Assembly: GCF_000020025.1 (NCBI RefSeq)
Contig: NC_010628.1
Span: forward strand, 2,430,001-2,462,000
DNA from: Nostoc punctiforme PCC 73102
Lineage (GTDB): Bacteria; Cyanobacteriota; Cyanobacteriia; Cyanobacteriales; Nostocaceae
Direction of reading: 5' to 3'
Length of the DNA: 32,000 bases
In this document: positions 25,314 to 32,000 of the stretch, in pieces
How the letters are laid out: every line of letters begins with the position of its first letter
Numbering within the stretch: position 1 is the stretch's first letter
Made by a program: the position numbers and the translations under genes
The notes under the pieces: model-generated
Databases searched by the model: none
What the model saw: only the letters and a program-made list of their open reading frames with translations
Told to the model about the DNA's origin: nothing

Positions 25314-26528
25314 TTGGAGCGAAGCGACTTGACTACCTCGAAACCTCATCTCAATATTTTATGGGTGCAAGTTTGGGTGTTAGCAGTAGTGCAGGGAGCA
25401 ATTACTCTCACCTGGTTAATTTATAATATATATTTGCCACAACTTTTGACTCAGTTTGGCTTTCCCGCTTCACTGGCAGTTGCTTTGGTGCTAGTCGAAA
25501 ATGCCTTTGGTGCGGTGCTAGAACCATTGATGGGTGGACTTTCAGACCAAGCTAGACGCTGGGTAGGGACTCGGTTTCCCTTCATCTCAGTAGGTATGAT
25601 TTTGGCATCGGCTTTGTTTATTGCCATACCATGCGTTGTGAGTTTGATCCCACCTACTACCGTGATGCGATCGCTCTTGCCTATAGCATTGGTAGCCTGG
25701 GCATTAGCAATGACAATATTTCGTTCTCCAGCGATGTGCCTCTTGGGGATGTATTCTACACCAGCCCAGTTACCTTTAGCAGTCAGTGTTGTAACTTTGG
25801 CAGGTGGTGTAATTGGGGCTTTTAGACCGATAAGCTATAAGTTTATCCTGAGCTTAGGGCCAGTTTATACCTTTGCGATCGGTTCTTTCGTCATGCTAGG
25901 GGCGGCCGCTGTGTTGCGATTAGTCAATCCTCCAGAAGCACCTGTGGATAGACACCAAATAGAAGTTGTAAAGTTGCCGTTACAAAAATTGGCTTTGATT
26001 TTAGGAACTGGTTTTGGTGTAGCGTGGGGTATTAGATTTCTCTTTGATGTTTTGGGTAAAGTACTAAAGGCCCAACTGAATACTGATAATGTTGATGTGC
26101 AAATGGTGTGGATTGGATTAGCGATCGCAATTGCCAGCATACCAGCAGGAATCTTCGCCGTCAAAATTGGTAATCGTCAAGCAATGCTTTGTGGGATCTG
26201 TGCGATCGTTCCCTCGTTATTGATAATGATATCTGTGGGCGCACAAATTCCGATAATTGTAGTAATTGTTGTTAGCTTTAGTTTAATTGTCAATGGGGCA
26301 ATTCCTTTTGCTTTAGGACTAGTACCTCAGCGATGGGCGGGATTAGGAATTGGGATGTATTTTGGTGGGTTTGCTTTAGCGATGAGTTTGTTTGGTGCGA
26401 TCTTTCCCAAGTTACAAGCAATAACACCTTTTGTTGGTGCAGCTGGGGGTGCATTGGCATTTTTCCTAGCTGGTGTTTGTATTGCGGTAAGTGGCATTTC
26501 TGAAAGGCAGAGAAACGCAGAGGTTTAA
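25314..26528 (+). CDS. MFS-type transporter (about 12 TM)
   Basis: 404-aa, highly hydrophobic ORF with multiple predicted TM segments and the loop GGLSDQARRWVGTRFPF. The track start is a TTG and no in-frame ATG lies nearby, so the start is uncertain. Confidence 0.8.
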   Translation: MERSDLTTSKPHLNILWVQVWVLAVVQGAITLTWLIYNIYLPQLLTQFGFPASLAVALVLVENAFGAVLEPLMGGLSDQARRWVGTRFPFISVGMILASALFIAIPCVVSLIPPTTVMRSLLPIALVAWALAMTIFRSPAMCLLGMYSTPAQLPLAVSVVTLAGGVIGAFRPISYKFILSLGPVYTFAIGSFVMLGAAAVLRLVNPPEAPVDRHQIEVVKLPLQKLALILGTGFGVAWGIRFLFDVLGKVLKAQLNTDNVDVQMVWIGLAIAIASIPAGIFAVKIGNRQAMLCGICAIVPSLLIMISVGAQIPIIVVIVVSFSLIVNGAIPFALGLVPQRWAGLGIGMYFGGFALAMSLFGAIFPKLQAITPFVGAAGGALAFFLAGVCIAVSGISERQRNAEV

Positions 26529-26538
26529 CGAATATGCG

Positions 26539-26604
26539 TTCTCTACGAGACGCTACGCGTAGCTTGCTTCCACGTTCGCGTAGCGTCCCGTAGGGAAGTG
26601 GTAC
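26539..26604 (-). repeat. GC-rich composite dispersed repeat, right (inverted) member of the pair flanking the MFS gene
   Basis: TTCTCTACGAGACGCTACGCGTAGCTTGCTTCCACGTTCGCGTAGCGTCCCGTAGGGAAGTGGTACG begins 11 nt after the MFS stop. Confidence 0.75.
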
Positions 26605-26622
26605 GCCTTCCCACAAGGTAGG

Positions 26623-26645
26623 GACGCAAAGGATAACTTTGCGTC
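26623..26645. terminator. Hairpin between the convergent MFS and ftsH genes
   Basis: GACGCAAAG, loop GATAA, CTTTGCGTC: a perfect 9-bp stem. There is no clear U-tract on either strand, so it may be part of the repeat family rather than a terminator. Confidence 0.35.
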
Positions 26646-26709
26646 TCTCTGGGTTTAAAACCTGACTTTCTTGATTACAAATTACGTAGCTTGCTTCTCG
26701 CCGGAGAAA

Positions 26710-28575
26710 TTATGAATGAGTTACAGGTTTAACCTGACTCAACAAATCGTGCAGTTTTTCGCCTTCAATGACTTCTGTTTCTAACAGTTGAGTAGCGATC
26801 GCTTCTAGCAAGTCTCGATTCTGTCTGAGAATCTCTAGGGCTTGTTCGTGGGCTGTTTCCACGATTTCCTTGACTTCGCTATCAATGGCTTTGGATGTGT
26901 CTTCACTCACCGCCCGTCGGGGATTAGCCCCACCATTACCCAAAAACATCGATTGTTGTCCTTGTTGGTAAGCTAATGGCCCTAAGACTTTGCTCATACC
27001 ATAAGATGTTACCATCCGTTCTGCCAAGTCAGTTGCTCGTTGCAAATCGTTGGAAGCACCTGTTGTAATACTGTTAAACACAATCTCTTCGGCGGAACGT
27101 CCACCTAATAAAGTTGCAATTTGACCCCGCAATTCATCTTCATTCATCAAAAATCTGTCTTCAGTTGGTAATTGCAGAGTGTAGCCCAAAGCAGCCATCC
27201 CACGAGGAATAATCGAAATCTTTTCTACGCGTCCGTTTCCTGTGGTTAGCGCCCCGACCATTGCATGACCAACTTCATGGTATGCAACAATCTTTTTCTC
27301 AGTCTCGTTCATCACGCGACTCTTTTTCTCTAAGCCGGCGACTACTCGCTCAATTGCTTCAGCGAAGTCTTCTTGAGCAACACTTTCACGCAGATTGCGA
27401 GCTGCCAATAATGCCGCTTCATTTACCAAGTTTGCCAAATCTGCACCAGCAAAACCAGGGGTACGAGTAGCGATCGCTTTTAAATCTACATCATTTCCTA
27501 ATTTTACCTTTTGAGCGTGAATCTTGAGAATTGCTTCCCGACCAGATAAATCAGGACGGTCTACCAACACTTGGCGGTCAAAGCGACCTGGACGCAGCAA
27601 TGCAGAATCAAGGCTTTCGGGGCGGTTGGTAGCTGCTAGGACAATCACCGTTGCATCACCAGCCGCAAACCCGTCCATCTCCGTTAGTAACTGGTTGAGG
27701 GTCTGTTCTCGCTCATCGTTACCACCGTAGAAGCCGTTACTGCTACGAGACTTACCGATCGCATCTAATTCATCAATGAATATAATACAAGGAGCCTGTT
27801 TCTTCGCCTGCTCAAACAAATCCCGCACTCTGGAAGAACCCACGCCGACGAACAATTCCACAAACTCGGAACCAGAGATACTGAAGAATGGAACTCCAGC
27901 TTCTCCTGCTACGGCTTTCGCTAAAAGTGTCTTCCCAGTACCCGGAGGGCCAACTAACAACACACCTTTAGGAATTCTTGCGCCAATTTGCGTAAAGCGT
28001 GCCGGAGTTTTGAGGAAATCCACAATTTCCACTAACTCAGTTTTTGCTTCTTCTACCCCAGCCACATCTGCAAAGGTGATTTTAGCTGATTCGCCTTCAA
28101 CATAAACCTTAGCTTTGCTCTTACCAATAGAAAGCGCACCTTGAGGACCACCGCCGCCACCACGGGCGAGAAAGAACTGCCAAATCCCAATAAAAATCAG
28201 TGGTGGAATCACCCAACTTAAGAGGGTTGTAAACCAAGTATTTTTGGGTGGAGGTGTAGCAGCGAATTCAACTCCCTTTTCTTCTAGCAGTTTGGGTAAC
28301 TCTAAATCAAAGATTGGTGTAGTTGCAAACACCGGACCCGGCTCGCCATTTTCTGTTTTTAGTTCGTAGAGAATCTGGTTTTGACCAACAGAAACGCGGT
28401 TGACTTCCCCTTCTTGTACTTGATGAATAAATAGGCTGTAAGGAACACCAGTAGGGCCAGAAGCAAATAAACCAGGCAAAAATAAATTTAAGAGCAGGAA
28501 TAGCCCTGATACAGCCAGTAATATATTAGCAACGATCCGAAAACGAGGTGATTTAGGTTGTTCTTTAATTGCCAT
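26710..28575 (-). CDS. ftsH: ATP-dependent zinc metalloprotease FtsH
   Basis: Walker [24 protein letters not shown], Walker [10 protein letters not shown], the SRH region, the zinc motif HEVGHAM, and two N-terminal TM segments. The track start at 28590 is a TTG. I prefer the ATG at 28575 (MAIKEQPK). Confidence 0.95.
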   Translation of the reverse strand: MAIKEQPKSPRFRIVANILLAVSGLFLLLNLFLPGLFASGPTGVPYSLFIHQVQEGEVNRVSVGQNQILYELKTENGEPGPVFATTPIFDLELPKLLEEKGVEFAATPPPKNTWFTTLLSWVIPPLIFIGIWQFFLARGGGGGPQGALSIGKSKAKVYVEGESAKITFADVAGVEEAKTELVEIVDFLKTPARFTQIGARIPKGVLLVGPPGTGKTLLAKAVAGEAGVPFFSISGSEFVELFVGVGSSRVRDLFEQAKKQAPCIIFIDELDAIGKSRSSNGFYGGNDEREQTLNQLLTEMDGFAAGDATVIVLAATNRPESLDSALLRPGRFDRQVLVDRPDLSGREAILKIHAQKVKLGNDVDLKAIATRTPGFAGADLANLVNEAALLAARNLRESVAQEDFAEAIERVVAGLEKKSRVMNETEKKIVAYHEVGHAMVGALTTGNGRVEKISIIPRGMAALGYTLQLPTEDRFLMNEDELRGQIATLLGGRSAEEIVFNSITTGASNDLQRATDLAERMVTSYGMSKVLGPLAYQQGQQSMFLGNGGANPRRAVSEDTSKAIDSEVKEIVETAHEQALEILRQNRDLLEAIATQLLETEVIEGEKLHDLLSQVKPVTHS

Positions 28576-28670
28576 AGATGTTGTTACCAATCCTTAGAAT
28601 GAAAACTATTGAGAATGTAACTTTATGGAAAAATTAGATATTTCCAGTCTAAATAATTCAAGCAGCTAGC

Positions 28671-28856
28671 TTATACTGTTTCCAACCAATCAAAAATTTG
28701 GGCTAACTGGTCTAGCGTTACCAGTCCATACTGCCAGAGGGTCATAGCCAGGAAGTTGGGGGTCTGCTCACAATGTCGCAAAGCAAGAGAAATTGCTCCA
28801 CCCGAAATACCCAACTCTTCTTTTAAAAAATGCACCAATTGATCTGTAGCTTTCAT
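28671..28856 (-). CDS. Small conserved cyanobacterial protein (DUF2949-like, 61 aa)
   Basis: From the internal ATG at 28856 the sequence is MKATDQLVHFLKEELGISGGAISLALRHCEQTPNFLAMTLWQYGLVTLDQLAQIFDWLETV. The family name is recalled from the WQYGLVTL..L..IFDWLE pattern. The longer track ORF begins at a non-ATG codon. Confidence 0.6.
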   Translation of the reverse strand: MKATDQLVHFLKEELGISGGAISLALRHCEQTPNFLAMTLWQYGLVTLDQLAQIFDWLETV

Positions 28857-29522
28857 CGCAATGTTAAATAATGTTAAATAAGTTTTATTTCTGAGAGAGT
28901 TTGACTTGTGTGATGCAATGTCCAGGTTGCATCGCAAAGTTGTTCAATTTGTCTTAGATCCTTAAGGATACTACCTATTTTCATAATTTCTCCTGTTTAG
29001 CAATGTCGCAGCATTTTTTATTTATGTAACTAAACTTAACAATTTAATTAATCTTTGGGAACTAACAAGCAAATACGGTTTACCGTACTCAAAGGCTTAA
29101 TACCAATGGAAATGGGAAAATTTAATAGACTTCTTGGCATTTGTGGGGGAAGGAGTAAAGGGGAAAGGAATGAAATTTCCCCTTTACCTTCACCCTTTAA
29201 CCTTTCCCCGACATCTTGCAAAAGTTACTTTTGCAAGATATCTAATGAACAGAACACCTTTAAAGAAGACGCAGAGATTGTGAGAAGAGAAGAGAAATCC
29301 TCCGTGTCCTCTTCCATATCTTTGCGTTATGTCAATACTTCCTGCTTTGTGCATTTTTAATTCGGAATCGGGTTTGGGGAAAAAGGTACTGGGTTTGGGT
29401 TAAAGGTTTTTTCTTGTTTTCCCCAAAACCCAATAAGTATTGCATCTACTTTTGTCTACTGAAGAGAAATTAATAGTTGCATACAATTAAAAACGCCTAT
29501 TCCAAATAGTTGCCATAGTTAT

Positions 29523-30545
29523 TTATACGCTCAAGGAGGGTGCTAGGGCTAAAGTTTTCGTCAGATCGTCAAGAAGAACGCGATCGCAGAGGTTAAACAA
29601 TTCTATCTCGGTCTGCGTCTGTCGCATCAGCCGCAGGAAATGACCTTCAGTGTCAACACTCAGGGCAATGTAGTTGAGGAACATTTTCAGATAGCCTACA
29701 CGCGATCGCTCTGGCATAGTTGCTGCTGTGGGTGTCTGCCATAAACGATCGATATAGTTGCGTACTTCTACTAAAGGAACGGGTGCGATCGGCTCGAAGC
29801 GCAAAGCTTGCCGAATTTGATTAAAAATCCAAGGATTGCCAATCGCCCAGCGCCCTACCATCACACCAGCCGCGCCCGTTTGAGAAAGCACTTCAATAGC
29901 AGTTTTTGCAGAGTTGATATTGCCATTGGCAAGTACTGGACAATCAACTCGTCTAACCGCTTCAGCAATCAAATCATATCTCACTGCCCCGTGGTACATA
30001 TCTTTCACTGTGCGACCATGCAAACTCAACAAATCAATGTTGTGGCGATTGATTATATCTAGAATTTTGTAAAAGTTATCTGTATTTTCAAAGCCTACGC
30101 GCATCTTGACAGTCAAAGGGCGATCGTTCACTGCCTGCCGCAATTCTGCTAAAATCCGATCTACTTTTTCTGGTGAGAGCAACAACCCACCCCCAACATT
30201 TTTGCGATAGATTCTAGGTGCTGGACAGCCCATGTTCAAATCAACTCCAGCGATATTATAGCGACAGAGATCAATTGCTGTTCTTACTAAGTCTGGAATG
30301 CTTTCGCCAATCATTTGAGCAAAAACGGGGCGACCCGTGTCGTTTTCGGTGATTGCTGCCAGAATGTTACGATTGAGCCGTGAGGTATCATTGACGCGGA
30401 AATACTCGGTGAAGAAGTAGTCAGGGCTGCCGTAGTGGGCAATGACCTTCATAAACCAGAGGTTTGTCACATCCTGCATAGGCGCAAGAGCGGTGAGGGG
30501 TAGGTATGGATGGAGCGATTGGGGGAGCGATACCTGGGACGACAT
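29523..30545 (-). CDS. tRNA-dihydrouridine synthase (Dus family)
   Basis: LAPMQDVTN, the catalytic-Cys region DLNMGCPAPRIYRKNVGGGLL, and LHGRT / ANGNI TIM-barrel FMN motifs. The track start at 30566 is a TTG. The ATG at 30545 (MSSQVSL) is an equally plausible start. Confidence 0.85.
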   Translation of the reverse strand: MSSQVSLPQSLHPYLPLTALAPMQDVTNLWFMKVIAHYGSPDYFFTEYFRVNDTSRLNRNILAAITENDTGRPVFAQMIGESIPDLVRTAIDLCRYNIAGVDLNMGCPAPRIYRKNVGGGLLLSPEKVDRILAELRQAVNDRPLTVKMRVGFENTDNFYKILDIINRHNIDLLSLHGRTVKDMYHGAVRYDLIAEAVRRVDCPVLANGNINSAKTAIEVLSQTGAAGVMVGRWAIGNPWIFNQIRQALRFEPIAPVPLVEVRNYIDRLWQTPTAATMPERSRVGYLKMFLNYIALSVDTEGHFLRLMRQTQTEIELFNLCDRVLLDDLTKTLALAPSLSV

Positions 30546-30970
30546 GAATATGAGAGCGTTTGACAAAGCATCACTCTATCAAAAAATGCTTACTAAAAGT
30601 TGTAACCTTCGTCAGTTTTGCTGTAGGTGTAGATGCGATATCTACGATGGTCACTGAGCTTCTTGTACTGAGCGCAGTCGTAAAGCCTACGGCATAACTA
30701 CGCTTAGGGCGCAGCTTCTCGTAGAGAAGTATATCGTTCGTGCAGCGTCTTGTAGAGAAGTGCGGGCTACGCCTATGCTAGATAAAACTTGTAAGAGTTA
30801 CACATCTGTTATCTATGTCAAATTAAGGTTAAAACCAGTAGGGACGCATAGATATACGTCTCTACAGCCAATTAATATCAAGTCCGGTCAATCACTTATG
30901 ATTACCGCATCTGTGCAAAAATCGGAAAAGCTTCTTTCCCCCTGCTCCCTGCGGTCTAAATGATAAGTCT

Positions 30971-31054
30971 TTAGCCGGACACGATATAATTGGTTATCAA
31001 GATTTTAAAAGCGAGTATAAAATCTTGTATAGCAGCAAGCAAAACAAGAATCAT
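30971..31054 (-). CDS. Possible 27-aa hydrophobic micro-protein
   Basis: Not in the track because it is under 60 aa. The sequence is ATG..TAA, giving MILVLLAAIQDFILAFKILITNYIVSG. GGAGGG lies 10 nt upstream of the ATG, and the ORF starts 35 nt downstream of the RHH-TOBE gene on the same strand. Confidence 0.25.
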   Translation of the reverse strand: MILVLLAAIQDFILAFKILITNYIVSG

Positions 31055-31088
31055 ACCAATTAATCCCTCCGCCTAAAATCACATATTG

Positions 31089-31535
31089 TTATTCTCTAGC
31101 AATGACAATATCGTTCGACTTAATGACTGCATAAGCTTCTTTTCCCTCAGATAGTTCTAACTCTTCTGCCGAAGCTCTGGTGATAATTGAGGTTAATTCT
31201 ACTTTATGAATAATTTCCAGAGTTACCTCACTATTAACTGCTCCATAAACAACTCGTTTAACAACACCTTTAAGAATATTGCGAGAGCTAACTTTTAGTG
31301 ATTTCTTGGGAATAGTACTTTCTATGCCAGGCTTTTGAGTATAGTAAATATCTTCCTGTTTTTCCTGCTGAGTTGGTGGTAATACTGTTCCTGACGAGTG
31401 CTGAGTGAGACTACGCACAAGTTCTCGCAAAATCTCAGTCTTGGTACGTTGAGACTGTTCGCAAAACTCCTCTAGAATCTTCCGCTCGTCCTCTGAGGTT
31501 TGAAATGTAACCCATCCTTGTTCTTTTCTTGGCAT
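31089..31535 (-). CDS. Ribbon-helix-helix (CopG/Arc-like) DNA-binding domain fused to a TOBE/Mop molybdate-binding-type domain
   Basis: From the ATG at 31535 the sequence is MPRKEQGWVTFQTSEDERKILEEFCEQSQRTKTEILRELVRSL, a beta-alpha-alpha RHH pattern. The C-terminal SSRNILKGVVKRVVYGAVNSEVTLEIIHKVELTSIITRASAEELELSEGKEAYAVIKSNDIVIA matches the Mop/TOBE consensus (SARNxLxGxV..I..GAVNAEV.L......L.AVIT..S...L.L..G..V.A.IKAS.V.IA). Confidence 0.8.
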   Translation of the reverse strand: MPRKEQGWVTFQTSEDERKILEEFCEQSQRTKTEILRELVRSLTQHSSGTVLPPTQQEKQEDIYYTQKPGIESTIPKKSLKVSSRNILKGVVKRVVYGAVNSEVTLEIIHKVELTSIITRASAEELELSEGKEAYAVIKSNDIVIARE

Positions 31536-31906
31536 AATAATATTATTTATCAATTTTGGTTATCTTGGTAAGATTCTACCAACTATCAATTCGATATGTC
31601 GTTTTAGTAATAACATTTTTTTTGCGAGAATTTTCGGCATTTTTTGCAAAATAAATCAACTAATCCGATCTAAATAACTACATAAATATTTATTTTTTTG
31701 TAGTTACAAAATATTTTGTTCCTTGAAAATGTCTAAGCATCACTATCTTTATAGTAACTAGGATAGTATGATATTAGCCTATGGTATTTGTCGAGATAGC
31801 GATTGCAGGGGTAATCTGGCAGAAAATTCCACTGGCGTAGGCGTAGCCCGTCGCAGACATCGCGTGAGTGCCCTAGGATTATCTAACGTGAGTTCACAGC
31901 CGGGGG

Positions 31907-32000
31907 ATGAAACACCTAAAATCGCGTTCTCAAGACCTGCGGAGTTTATTTGAGAACAATATCACCATTGAATACGTCGCAGAACCCCTTAAAGCTATGC
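31907..32000 (+). CDS. Possible 5' end of a gene running off the window
   Basis: ATG at 31907 opens a frame reading MKHLKSRSQDLRSLFENNITIEYVAEPLKAM to the window end. A G-rich stretch directly abuts the ATG. It is short and overlaps a hairpin at 31926-31957, so it is uncertain. Confidence 0.3.
   Translation, partial: MKHLKSRSQDLRSLFENNITIEYVAEPLKAM

Noticed and set aside
29055-29360. 101-aa plus-strand ORF between the DUF2949-like and Dus genes.
   Set aside because: The region consists of intergenic repeats and palindromes (GGGGAAAGG...CCTTTCCCC, and GGGTTTGGGGAAAA...TTTTCCCCAAAACCC at about 29370-29435). The protein is low-complexity and starts at a non-ATG codon.
30760-30963. 67-aa plus-strand ORF and the neighbouring 30442-30657 ORF.
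   Set aside because: The first lies in repeat-filled intergenic DNA. The second overlaps the Dus gene 5' end. Neither has motifs or RBS support.
31768-31953. 61-aa plus-strand ORF, and assignment of this region to a cobalamin or Moco riboswitch.
   Set aside because: The ORF reads straight through a dispersed repeat (GVGVARRRHR) and is implausible as a protein. I could not find the B12-box or other class-defining conserved segments, so no riboswitch class is claimed.

Overview
The window looks like cyanobacterial, Nostocales-like chromosomal DNA. The HIP1 octamer GCGATCGC recurs throughout. There is also a GGCAGGA heptamer tandem repeat and a family of GC-rich short dispersed repeats in the intergenic regions.

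Layout:
(i) 1-1166 holds a small minus-strand operon: a SnoaL/NTF2-like protein and an SDR oxidoreductase.
(ii) About 1.3-17.5 kb is an IS-saturated accessory island. It has two near-identical, directly oriented IS5-family (DDE_Tnp_4) copies, one of them frameshifted, and a decayed ISKra4-like transposase. It also has an IS5/IS1182-like element carrying a nested IS630, a second inverted IS630 copy, an ISAs1 remnant and an MFS pseudogene. The cargo is an AT-rich lipoprotein plus secreted Cys-protein pair, two hypothetical genes, and two adjacent leaderless LysM-fused glycan-degrading enzymes: LysM-GH46 chitosanase-like and LysM-beta-helix.
(iii) 17.4-32 kb is mostly core genes. These are a class A PBP (its 3' end now terminates inside IS630), a 707-aa RTX-type repeat protein, a JAMM/MPN plus MoeB-rhodanese E1 pair, and an MFS transporter bracketed by about 66-bp inverted repeats. 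FtsH, a small DUF2949-like protein, a Dus-family tRNA-dihydrouridine synthase and an RHH-TOBE fusion regulator follow.

I saw no CRISPR array, rRNA or tRNA. The best candidate for something undescribed is the LysM-glycanase pair at 11.7-14.5 kb. I cannot show from sequence alone that it is a novel system. Family assignments come from motif recognition by eye, not from searches.
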